Shown: in pieces, positions 38,488 to 46,988 of the stretch
Layout: each line of letters begins with the position of its first letter
Position numbering within the stretch: the stretch's first letter is position 1
DNA from: Brevibacterium luteolum
GTDB taxonomy: Bacteria > Actinomycetota > Actinomycetes > Actinomycetales > Brevibacteriaceae
Direction: 5' to 3'
Length of the DNA: 46,988 nucleotides
Assembly: GCF_013004595.1 (NCBI RefSeq)
Contig: NZ_JABEMC010000013.1
Span: 1 to 46,988, forward strand
The notes under the pieces: generated by a model
What the model was told of the DNA's origin: nothing
Seen by the model: only the letters and a program-made list of their open reading frames with translations
Databases searched by the model: none
Position numbers and translations under genes: made by a program

Positions 38488-39681
38488 GTGGCAGAGCCGA
38501 GGCTCTGGTCGAAGGACTTCACCGTCGCGATCATCGCCGCCGTGTTCCTGTCCTTCGTCTTCTATCTGCTCATCACCACGATGGCCGGCTACGCCGTCAT
38601 CCGCTTCGCCGCCTCCGACTCCGCCGCCGGTCTGGCCTCCAGCTCGTTCGTCCTCGGCGCGGTCGCCGCCCGCATGTTCGTCGGCACCATGCTCGACACC
38701 CTCGGTCGTTACCGGGTGCTCATCACCGCCTTCACTCTCTCCGCTGTTGCCGGTGTTCTGTATCTGCCGGCTGACTCGCTGCCGCTGCTGCTGGCGGTCC
38801 GGTTCATCCACGGCGCGGTGTTCGGTGCCGGGCACACCGCCATCATGGCTGCTGTCCAGGACATCATCCCGCCGTCTCGCCGTGCAGAGGGCACCGGCTA
38901 CTTCGGCACCTCGACGACCCTGGCGGCAGCGCTCGGCCCACTGATCGCGATCATCGTCGTACGCGACTTCGGCTACCACTGGCTGTTCATCATCTCCCTG
39001 GCCTTCACGGTGCTCGGGTTGGTCGCGATCCTGTTCCTGCGCGTACCCGAACGCGCCGCCGGTGAACGCGAGCTGCTGAGCTGGCGCTGCTTCCATCCGG
39101 TGCGCCTGTTCGACCCTTCTGGCATGCTCATCGGCTCGGCAGTGCTCACCGCTGGTGTCGCCTACTCCTCGGTCATGACCTTCCTGACCACCTACACGAC
39201 GAGCATCGGCATCGCCGATGCCGCTCCTGCGTTCTTCCTCGCCTTCGCTGGTTCCTCCCTCATCGCCCGGCTCACCCTCGGCCGCATCCAGGATCGTTTC
39301 GGCGACAACGTCGTCGTCTACCCGCTGTACGCCTCGTTCTTCACCGCGATGGTGCTCATCGCCGTCGTTCCGCAGATGTGGACGATCATCCTCGCCGGCG
39401 TGCTCGGCGGGGTGGGCTTCGGCACGCTCATGTCCTCAACCCAGGCGATCACCATCCGCCGCGCCGGGCCCACCCGCGTGGGTGTGGCGACCTCGACGTA
39501 CTTCTTCATGATCGACATCGGCTTCGGGCTGGGACCGGTCGCCCTCGGTGCGCTCATCGCCGCGACCTCGTTCACTACGATGTACGCTGTCGCGGCGCTG
39601 CTGGTGGGCGTCAGCGGAGTGCTCTACTGGCTGGTCCACGGACGGTTCGCCGCGCCCGAGGCAGGGGGAGTGCGTCCATGA
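38488..39681 (+). CDS. MFS transporter
   Basis: About 12 TM helices, with G.MLDTLGR and RRAEGTGYFG. Confidence 0.92.
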   Translation: MAEPRLWSKDFTVAIIAAVFLSFVFYLLITTMAGYAVIRFAASDSAAGLASSSFVLGAVAARMFVGTMLDTLGRYRVLITAFTLSAVAGVLYLPADSLPLLLAVRFIHGAVFGAGHTAIMAAVQDIIPPSRRAEGTGYFGTSTTLAAALGPLIAIIVVRDFGYHWLFIISLAFTVLGLVAILFLRVPERAAGERELLSWRCFHPVRLFDPSGMLIGSAVLTAGVAYSSVMTFLTTYTTSIGIADAAPAFFLAFAGSSLIARLTLGRIQDRFGDNVVVYPLYASFFTAMVLIAVVPQMWTIILAGVLGGVGFGTLMSSTQAITIRRAGPTRVGVATSTYFFMIDIGFGLGPVALGALIAATSFTTMYAVAALLVGVSGVLYWLVHGRFAAPEAGGVRP

Positions 39682-40883
39682 CAGCGCACCCTGGCGCTGG
39701 GGGGAGTGCCGCCGCACCGCAGCCGCTGTGGACCGGTCAGTTCCTGCTGGCCTTCGGGATCAACTTCGTCCTCTCGCTCTCCTTCTACGTGCTCATCACC
39801 TCGATGGCCGGTTACGCCGCCACCGAATTCGGGGCCGGCTCCTCGGTCGCCGGACTGACGGCCAGCGCTTTCATCATCGGTGCGACCGTAGCGCGCATCA
39901 TCGCCGGGAAGTACCTCGACTTCATCGGCCGGAGGACCTCGACGATCGCCGCGCTCGTGTTATTCGTGATGTCCGCTGTGGCGTACGTATTCGCCGATCA
40001 GATCTGGCTGGTCATCGTCATCCGGCTCATCCATGGGGCGGCTTTCGGCTGGGGGTCGAACACCATCACGGCGGTCGCCCAATCGCTCATTCCGCAGTCG
40101 CGGCGGTCTGAGGGGACGGGTTATTTCGGCACCTCGACGACTCTGTCAGCCGGTCTGGGGCCGTTCCTTGCCGTGTGGCTGTCGGGGGCATACGGGTACA
40201 CGGCCGTGTTCATCATGTGTGCCGGGTTCTCTGTCGTCGGCGTGGTCTTCAGCCTGCTGCTGCGCCCAGCTGAGCGGGCGGTGACGCCGGAGGAACGGGC
40301 GCTGAAGTGGCGGCTGAGCCTGGGTACGATCATCGACTACCGCAGTGTGCGAATCGCAACCGTCATGCTGCTGGCCGGGCTGTCGTATTCAGTTGTGCTG
40401 GCCTTCCTCCAGACCTTCGCGAACGAAGAGGACTTCGGTTCGGCGGCCAGCGTGTTCTTCATGGTGTTCTCGGTCGCGATGCTGCTCGGTCGGCTGTTCG
40501 TCGGACGGCTGCAGGACGCCTACGGCGACAATGTCGTCGTCTACCCGCTCATCGTCAGCTTCACCCTCAGCCTCGTCGTCATCGGTCTGGCTCCGGCCGG
40601 CTGGGTCGTCATCGCCGCTGCGATCCCGGCCGGACTGGGCTTCGGTTCGCTCTTTCCCAGTATCCAGGCCATCGCCGTCACCCTGGCCGGCCCCGCCCGG
40701 GCAGCGCTGGCGGTCTCGACCTTCTTCATCTTCCTCGACGTCGGCACCGGCCTGGGGCCGGTCATGCTCGGAGCGCTCACCCCGGCCATCGGGTTGCGCG
40801 GAGCCTACCTCGTCGCCGCAGGGCTGATGGTCGTAGCCCTTGTGCTGTACTGGCTGTTCCACGGGCGTCGCCAGCGCACATAG
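39678..40883 (+). CDS. MFS transporter, paralog of the upstream gene
   Basis: GKYLDFIGRR and RRSEGTGYFG, with an ATGA overlap. Confidence 0.92.
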   Translation: MTAHPGAGGSAAAPQPLWTGQFLLAFGINFVLSLSFYVLITSMAGYAATEFGAGSSVAGLTASAFIIGATVARIIAGKYLDFIGRRTSTIAALVLFVMSAVAYVFADQIWLVIVIRLIHGAAFGWGSNTITAVAQSLIPQSRRSEGTGYFGTSTTLSAGLGPFLAVWLSGAYGYTAVFIMCAGFSVVGVVFSLLLRPAERAVTPEERALKWRLSLGTIIDYRSVRIATVMLLAGLSYSVVLAFLQTFANEEDFGSAASVFFMVFSVAMLLGRLFVGRLQDAYGDNVVVYPLIVSFTLSLVVIGLAPAGWVVIAAAIPAGLGFGSLFPSIQAIAVTLAGPARAALAVSTFFIFLDVGTGLGPVMLGALTPAIGLRGAYLVAAGLMVVALVLYWLFHGRRQRT

Positions 40884-41090
40884 GCCAGCGGCCGTGGGCT
40901 AACAGGGCCCGATTCGACGCTGACGAGAACTTCTGTGATGACCGCACTGTCTGAGAACCGTCGAAGGCAGATTCGCGCACCACTCAACCACCGAGTCTCT
41001 CACCAGCAGATATGACAGATTCTTAGCAACACCGACCCTCGAAACTGTGAAGAGTGTCATAGGGTGCTGTATGGCTGATCCCGGGCATCG

Positions 41091-43223
41091 ATGACCCGGG
41101 CGTGCTCAACGAAGAGAAAGTCACCCACGAAGAACACCTTGCATCGTTTTGGCGCCGGCACGGCCGTCGCCGCCCTTCTAGCCTCCGCCACCAGCGCGGG
41201 TGCTGCCTTCGCCGCTCCCGCCGGTGACGTGCTGCTGCTGACAGTTCCGGCCGATGACGTCGAGGCGGCCTCTGAGACGCTCGGCGATCTCGACATCGTC
41301 AGCGCTGAAGGCGACAATGTCATCGTCCTCGGCGATCAGGACCTCGCCGACGAACTGGAGAAGACCGGAGCCTCGGTCACCGCCGAAAACTACGCCGACT
41401 CCCTCGGCACCCGCCCTGCCAGCGCACAGCCGGCCGCACCCGCCCCGGTGCCGGCCAAGCTCAATGCCGCTGACTACGACACGTTCTTCAACGGCTATCG
41501 CACCACCAGTGCCTATGCCCAGTTCGCCCAGGACCTCGCATCCCAGTATCCAGAGCTCGTCCAGCACGTCGACTACGGAGACACCTTTCTCAAGCAGCAG
41601 GGCCAGGGCGGCCACGACCTCGTCGCTGTGCGCATTACCGCTGACGTCGCCGACCAACCTGAGTACGCCGGCGGGCAGGACGGCAAGCCGCGGTTCTTCC
41701 TCGGCGCGCAGACGCACTCGCGTGAGATCATCACCAGCGAGATGGCCTGGCGCTTCGCCACCGAGCTCATCGACGGCTACGGCACCGACGCGCAGGTCAC
41801 CTCGCTGCTCGACTCGACCGAGGTGTGGGTGAGCTTCCAGCACAATCCCGACAGCATCGACGTCGTGGAGCAGGCCTTCGCCGACGGCGTCGACACGACA
41901 CCGGCTGGTGACGGCAATCCGAACTCCGCCTCAAAGGCCTGGCAGCGCAAGAATCAGAACACCGCAGGGTTCGAAGACACCGGTGCGCCCTGGGCGCGCA
42001 GCCAGCCCGGCATCGACCTCAACCGGAACTGGCCCTACGGCTGGGGCGGCGCCTCAACGAGCTCCGATCCGAGCAGCGTCCTCTACAAGGGAACCGCACC
42101 GGCGTCCGAACCTGAAGTGGCAGCGCTTAAGGACCTGCTCGAAGATCTCTACGGCACCTACGACGTTGAGACGACGACCGCTGCGCCGGACGAGCGGGCC
42201 GGCACCTATATTCACCTGCATTCGTATTCGGACCTCATCCTCTATCCGTATGGTTTCGACAACACCGCAAACCTCCCCAACGCCGACGCATTGATCGCCG
42301 GTGCCTTCCGGCAGTCGTTCGGCAACAACTATGCCACCGGTGCACCTGGCGACGTGCTGTACAACGCCTCGGGCGGCGACTTCGACTACGCCTACGGCAA
42401 ACTCGGCGTACCCGGCTACGTCTACGAGATCGGCACCGCCCGCGAAGGCGGTTTCTTCCCCGGTTTCCAGCGCGCCGATGACTACTGGCAGAAGGTTCAG
42501 CCTGGTCTGCGCTTCGCAGCCGAGGCCGCCTACGAGCCCTACACCGCCTCGCTTGGCGGTGTCGTGTCCGAACTGACAGCTGAGCGTCAGGACGACGGGT
42601 CCATCATCGTCACCGGCACAGCAACCGATGACGCCTATGGCCAGGACGCAGGGTCGGCTGAGCGCCGGCCGGCAGTCACACAGATCGACGATGTCGAGAT
42701 CCAGGCCGCGGCCGACCGCACCGCCCTTGATGCCGGGGAGTCCACCGGCCCAGGCGAGGCTGCCGTTCCCGAGGCGGGGGAGACCGTCGACTTCGAGGCC
42801 ACCATTGCTAAGGAAGGCTCGGAACAGGCCAGGTTCGTCTTCGCGCGGGCGCGGAACGGCTCCGGCGAGTACGGTCCGTGGCAGGCGGTCTTCGTCGATC
42901 CCGTAGAGGAGGATGAAGCACCAGAGCCGACCGACGCGCCGTCGCCGGATCCTGAGCCCACCGCGGACCCGACCGCCGACCCGACCGCAACTCCGACAGG
43001 CGAGCCATCCGCCGATCCCAGCGAGGGCCCGACGAGTGGGCCCACTGACGCACCGCGCGACGATGACGGCAAGCGCGACGATGACGATTCGTCACGCGAT
43101 CAGGATCGCGACGACCGATCCCAGCTGCCGCGCACCGGCGCCGGGCTCTGGCCGCTGGCGGCAGGTGCAGCGCTGCTCGCCGCTGGAGGACTCGGCGTGT
43201 GGGCCTCGCGGAGGCGGAGCTGA
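41091..43223 (+). CDS. Secreted M14 zinc carboxypeptidase with an LPRTG sortase anchor
   Basis: Signal peptide, HSRE, RKN, GIDLNRNW, HLHSY, a Pro/Thr linker, then LPRTG, a TM segment and RRRS. The start is uncertain. Confidence 0.9.
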   Translation: MTRACSTKRKSPTKNTLHRFGAGTAVAALLASATSAGAAFAAPAGDVLLLTVPADDVEAASETLGDLDIVSAEGDNVIVLGDQDLADELEKTGASVTAENYADSLGTRPASAQPAAPAPVPAKLNAADYDTFFNGYRTTSAYAQFAQDLASQYPELVQHVDYGDTFLKQQGQGGHDLVAVRITADVADQPEYAGGQDGKPRFFLGAQTHSREIITSEMAWRFATELIDGYGTDAQVTSLLDSTEVWVSFQHNPDSIDVVEQAFADGVDTTPAGDGNPNSASKAWQRKNQNTAGFEDTGAPWARSQPGIDLNRNWPYGWGGASTSSDPSSVLYKGTAPASEPEVAALKDLLEDLYGTYDVETTTAAPDERAGTYIHLHSYSDLILYPYGFDNTANLPNADALIAGAFRQSFGNNYATGAPGDVLYNASGGDFDYAYGKLGVPGYVYEIGTAREGGFFPGFQRADDYWQKVQPGLRFAAEAAYEPYTASLGGVVSELTAERQDDGSIIVTGTATDDAYGQDAGSAERRPAVTQIDDVEIQAAADRTALDAGESTGPGEAAVPEAGETVDFEATIAKEGSEQARFVFARARNGSGEYGPWQAVFVDPVEEDEAPEPTDAPSPDPEPTADPTADPTATPTGEPSADPSEGPTSGPTDAPRDDDGKRDDDDSSRDQDRDDRSQLPRTGAGLWPLAAGAALLAAGGLGVWASRRRS

Positions 43224-43286
43224 CACATACCGGCACCCACAGCTGACATGTGATCGGCACGTGGACTGAGCTGGCAGACAGAGACG

Positions 43287-43335
43287 CACGGGAGGGTGTG
43301 AAGAAGGCGAATCGTCTTCCTCACACCCTCCCGTG
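43287..43335 (+). terminator. Long hairpin after the carboxypeptidase gene
   Basis: 15-bp perfect stem cacgggagggtgtga/tcacaccctcccgtg, extendable in both directions. Confidence 0.75.
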
Positions 43336-43433
43336 GCGTATCTGTCCTTCTATCAGCATGCCACGCCGTCTGATGGCGCCGGGTGCCAAGGATTTTGCGC
43401 CCGCATCAGTTGCGGAGTAAAGTGAAGCATCGC

Positions 43434-43445
43434 TTGACAGGTCAA
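43434..43445. promoter_or_regulatory. Putative MarR operator overlapping a TTGACA
   Basis: Palindrome TTGAC-ag-GTCAA upstream of the MarR gene. Confidence 0.55.
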
Positions 43446-43471
43446 CTGATCGTGTGGATGGGGAGGCGAGG

Positions 43472-43972
43472 ATGGATCGGCCACTGGGTCTGATGATCTG
43501 GCTGCGGATGGCTCGATTCGTTCAGCGCAGCAACTGCATCTCCAATGAGTACCTTTCACAGGCCGGAGTGACCATCGCGCAGTTCGAGGCGTTGAGCCAC
43601 GTGCGCGCCTACCAGCCGGTGACGCAGACCGATCTCGCCGCAGGTTTGACTGTCAGCGTCGGCGGGGTCTCACGGATGCTCAGCCGACTCGAAGACGCCG
43701 GGCTCATCGAACGCACCCAGGAGTGGAAGACGAAGTACATCTCCCTCACTAAGGCAGGTGAGGCGCTGCTGAGCTCCGTCTACCCCGGGCAGGTGGCGCT
43801 GCAAGCTTCGATGTTCGACGACGTGCTCGATGCCGATGAACAACGACAGCTCTATGCGCTGATGCGCAAAGTCCACCGCAACAGCCTGCACAAGCAGACC
43901 CCGGTCGGATTCGACCCAGCCGAGGCGGCAGCGCCCGGCTCCACGCACGGCACCACGGAGAAGACGCAATGA
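43472..43972 (+). CDS. MarR-family regulator
   Basis: VTIAQFEAL...TQTDLA...VSRMLSRLEDAGLIER...ISLT..G. Confidence 0.92.
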   Translation: MDRPLGLMIWLRMARFVQRSNCISNEYLSQAGVTIAQFEALSHVRAYQPVTQTDLAAGLTVSVGGVSRMLSRLEDAGLIERTQEWKTKYISLTKAGEALLSSVYPGQVALQASMFDDVLDADEQRQLYALMRKVHRNSLHKQTPVGFDPAEAAAPGSTHGTTEKTQ

Positions 43973-45111
43973 CCGACGACACCAGCACCAACGCTACCAC
44001 TTTGATGAATGACACAGCCGGCGCTGCCGACACGATGGCCGAGTACGGCATCAACCCGAACGAAGGTCTCCAGTTCGGCATGTACTCCCTTGGCGACCAC
44101 CTGCCCAACCCGTGGGCAGAGGGCCGACGCATCAGCGCCGGTGAGCGCGTGCGCGAGTTCGTCGCCTACGCTAAGGCCGCCGAACAGGCCGGCTTCGATG
44201 TGTTCAGCCTGGGGGAGAGCCACCAGGAGTTCTTCGCCTCGCAGGCCCACGCCGTCATCCTCGGCGCGATCGCGCAGGCGACAGAGACGATCAAGGTCTC
44301 CAGCTCCTCGACAATCCTCAGCACTTCGGACCCCGTCCGGGTCTACGAGAACTTCGCCACCATCGACCTGCTCTCTGAAGGCCGCGCTGAGATCATCGCC
44401 GGCCGCGCCTCACGGGTGGGCCTGTTCGAACTGCTCGGCTACGATCTGAAGGACTACGAGGAGCTGTTCGAAGAGAAATTCGATCTGCTGCGCCAGATCA
44501 ACCGCGAACGGGTCGTCAACTGGTCAGGTCAGTTCCGTGCCGACCTCAGGGACGCCGAGGTGCTGCCGCGGCCGCAGGCAGGCTCGATGCCGATCTGGCG
44601 TGCCGTCGGCGGTACACCCGCCAGCGCCGTCAAGGCCGGCCTTTCCGGCGCCCCGATGGTGATGGCCCACCTCGGCGGGCCGATCGCAGCGTTCCAGCAG
44701 ACGATCGACTCCTACCGAGCCGCAGCCGAGCACAACGGCTACGATGCGGCCACCCTCCCGGTGGCCACCGCCGGGTTCTTCTACATCGCTGAGACCTCAC
44801 AGCAGGCGCTGCAGGAGTTCTACCCGCATGTGAACGAAGGCATGTTCCGCACCAATGGGCGGGGGATGGCCAAGCAGCTGTTCGCACAGAGCACCGACCC
44901 GCGCAGCATCATGAACATCGGCAGCCCGCAGCAGGTCATCGAGAAGATCCTCTACCAGCACGAAGCGTACGGGCATCAGCGCTTCCTCGGCCAGATCGAC
45001 TTCGGCGGCGTGCCCTTCGACCGTGTGATGCGGAATCTGGAGGTCATCGGCTCTGAAATCATCCCGGCAGTCAAAAAGCACACCGCACGACAGGAGACCA
45101 CCCAGGCATGA
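43969..45111 (+). CDS. Luciferase-like (LLM) flavin-dependent monooxygenase
   Basis: GESH, DPVRVYENFATIDLLSEGRAE and VLPRP. Confidence 0.92.
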   Translation: MTDDTSTNATTLMNDTAGAADTMAEYGINPNEGLQFGMYSLGDHLPNPWAEGRRISAGERVREFVAYAKAAEQAGFDVFSLGESHQEFFASQAHAVILGAIAQATETIKVSSSSTILSTSDPVRVYENFATIDLLSEGRAEIIAGRASRVGLFELLGYDLKDYEELFEEKFDLLRQINRERVVNWSGQFRADLRDAEVLPRPQAGSMPIWRAVGGTPASAVKAGLSGAPMVMAHLGGPIAAFQQTIDSYRAAAEHNGYDAATLPVATAGFFYIAETSQQALQEFYPHVNEGMFRTNGRGMAKQLFAQSTDPRSIMNIGSPQQVIEKILYQHEAYGHQRFLGQIDFGGVPFDRVMRNLEVIGSEIIPAVKKHTARQETTQA

Positions 45112-45674
45112 AGATCGTCGGACTCTCAGGCTCGACCGTCGGCGCGACCACGCGCACGGCGATGAACTACGCGATGGAGGCGCTTGGCCGGCTTGACCCG
45201 GAAATCGAAACGCAGCTCATCGACCTCGCCGACTATGACGTGCAGTTCTCCGACGGCCGCGACTACATCGAATACACAGGCGACACCCGCACCGTTGCTG
45301 AGGCGCTCATGAGTGCGGATGCGATCATTATCGGCAGCCCGATCTTCCAAGCCTCCATCCCAGGGGCGTTGAAGAACGTCTTCGATCTGCTGCCGGTCAG
45401 CGCCTTCGAGGACAAGGTGGTCGGGATCATCATGACGGCCGGATCGCCGAAGCACTACCTGGTAGCCGAACACCAGCTGCGTCCCATCCTGACGTATATG
45501 AAGGCACAAGTCGTGCAGAGCTACGTGTTCGTCGAAGCCAAGGACGTCTACCGCGGTGAGATCATCAGCGGCGACGTCACCTTGCGCATCGACCGCCTCG
45601 TCGAAGACACCGCCCAGCAGACTCGTGTGGCCTCCCAGGTGCGCGCCGAACGCGAAGCCGCCTACGCGTTCTAG
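45108..45674 (+). CDS. NAD(P)H-dependent FMN reductase
   Basis: GLSGS and GSPIFQASIPGALKNVFD. Confidence 0.92.
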   Translation: MKIVGLSGSTVGATTRTAMNYAMEALGRLDPEIETQLIDLADYDVQFSDGRDYIEYTGDTRTVAEALMSADAIIIGSPIFQASIPGALKNVFDLLPVSAFEDKVVGIIMTAGSPKHYLVAEHQLRPILTYMKAQVVQSYVFVEAKDVYRGEIISGDVTLRIDRLVEDTAQQTRVASQVRAEREAAYAF

Positions 45675-45743
45675 CGCGAAGTGCCTTGCCCAGACGACCT
45701 GTCGCGTTGAACGACGAGCGGCGCATCGAAGAATGAAGGGCAG

Positions 45744-46190
45744 ATGATGCAGCAGCCTGAGGATGTCGTACGGCGTTGGGAAGCTGCCTGGAACAGTGCC
45801 GACGCCGAGGCGCTGGCCGGGTTGTTTGCCGAAGACGCAGAGTTCGTCAACGTGGTCGGGCGGTGGTGGCATGATCGCGACCGGATCCGTGAGGCGCACG
45901 CCTACGGCTTCTCTACGATCTTCCCCGGATCGACGATCACGATGGGGACACCTCGGGTGCGGATGATCGGTGACCGCGCTGCCACTGTGCACAGCAAGTG
46001 GCGGCTGCGCGGGCAGGTCTCCCCAGCCGGTGAGCCGGCAGATGAGCGCGAAGGCATCTTCACCTTCGTGCTCGAACGCCGCGAGGACGGGTGGATCACT
46101 GTGGCTGCGCAGAACACCGACATCGTGCGCGGAGCTGAGACCCATATCAGCACGGGTGGGACGCGTGAAAGCATCTCGTACCGCCGCTGA
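45744..46190 (+). CDS. SnoaL/NTF2-like (SgcJ/EcaC, DUF4440) protein
   Basis: AWNSADAEALAGLFAEDAEFVNVVG...W..VAAQNT. Confidence 0.88.
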   Translation: MMQQPEDVVRRWEAAWNSADAEALAGLFAEDAEFVNVVGRWWHDRDRIREAHAYGFSTIFPGSTITMGTPRVRMIGDRAATVHSKWRLRGQVSPAGEPADEREGIFTFVLERREDGWITVAAQNTDIVRGAETHISTGGTRESISYRR

Positions 46191-46287
46191 GGCGGCGGGC
46201 ACCGTACCGGCGCATGGCAGAGATCAGCGGCGGTGGGCAGACTGCACATTCTGCCCACCGCCGCTGAGTCTGGTCAATGACGTAAGT

Positions 46288-46861
46288 TCACGCGAAGGTG
46301 TCGATGTCCTTACCGTTCGTCTCAGGTGCCCACATCATTGAGGCGATGAGACCGATGATCGGGAAGATCGCTGCCAAGACCAGCGTGGTAGTCGTTCCCA
46401 GCTCCCCCATCGTTACCGGAAAGAAGAAGGCGGCGATCGCAGCACCAATGTGGCTGATAGCAGCGGCCATCCCAACACCTGTGCTGCGGAAGCGGGTCTC
46501 GTACATCTCAGGAGGGTAGACGTATTGGATGTTTGTCGATGCCGTGAAGACGAGGACGGACGCACCGAAGATGATGATGGCGGGAATCTCCGGGATGCCG
46601 TGCCACAGCCCGAGTACCAGCAGGAAGCCTGCAGAGGCGACAAATGTCCAGATCGCCATTGCCCGCCCCGGCATCAGCCACAGCAGCCACACGCCCAGTA
46701 CGCGGTCGGCGATCTGCAGGCCGTTCATGAGCAGATCTGTCCCGAGGCCGTTGCCCAAGTCGATTCCGGAGAGGATCTGCGGGATGAAGGCGAATTTCGT
46801 GAACAGCGGTGCGACCTAGTAGGCCCAGAATAGTCCCGGGTGGACGATCCGTCGTCACGGA
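46288..46861 (-). pseudogene. C-terminal half of an MFS metabolite transporter, decayed and IS-truncated
   Basis: YPPEMYETRFRSTG and WAPET motifs. The upstream frame reads P*RRIVHPGLFWAY*VAPLF (two stops) up to the IS end. Confidence 0.8.
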
Positions 46862-46988
46862 GGGGACTGCTGAAGGTTTGGTTGACTTCACGACTGGACA
46901 GATTCCAGGAAGGATAGAAGTCATGCCCAAGATCTACACAGATGAGTTCAAGCAATCAGCGCTCGATCTCGTCAATGACGGAATGACC
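46862..46988 (+). mobile_element. 5' end of IS3-family element A (left IR and start of orfA)
   Basis: IR at 46863-46887. ATG 46923 starts MPKIYTDEFKQSALDLVNDGMT, an IS3 OrfA start. Confidence 0.9.

Noticed and set aside
42920..43060. PTADP/PSADP repeats, and the PATPA repeats near 12270
   Set aside because: Ordinary coding linker repeats.
46857..46861. acgg next to both IS A ends as a possible target duplication implying a circle
   Set aside because: The register relative to the IRs is off, and the two flanks belong to unrelated broken genes.

Overview
High-GC actinobacterial DNA (Brevibacterium-like by gene content; this is inference), apparently a contig cut at both ends by the same IS3-family element. 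The first ~10.3 kb is accessory. It holds nested IS3 ends inside a truncated MobF-type relaxase, a small membrane gene behind a strongly SD-occluding leader, a 1224-aa YobI/Tmn-like membrane KAP NTPase followed by an orphan ParB/Srx-like gene, an HTH gene, a 150-bp IS3-type MITE with internal hairpin repeats, a formaldehyde-dehydrogenase cluster and more IS scars. The rest is mostly chromosomal: ArsR-CDF, a K+ channel, hrpA, prfC, ino1, AbgT, YccA, a catabolic cluster (DadA-like, IlvD/Edd, SSS, CobW, amidohydrolase), DUF885, two MFS genes, an LPRTG carboxypeptidase and a MarR-LLM-FMN reductase operon. The best candidates for new biology are (i) a 2-kb integrase-less rloA-rloB (AbiL-like) cassette flanked by a perfect 19-bp duplication of a host gene's 3' end, with a palindromic promoter and one in-frame amber codon in rloB, and (ii) the Tmn-like NTPase plus ParB-like gene pair. 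All family calls come from motif recognition by eye; no searches were run.
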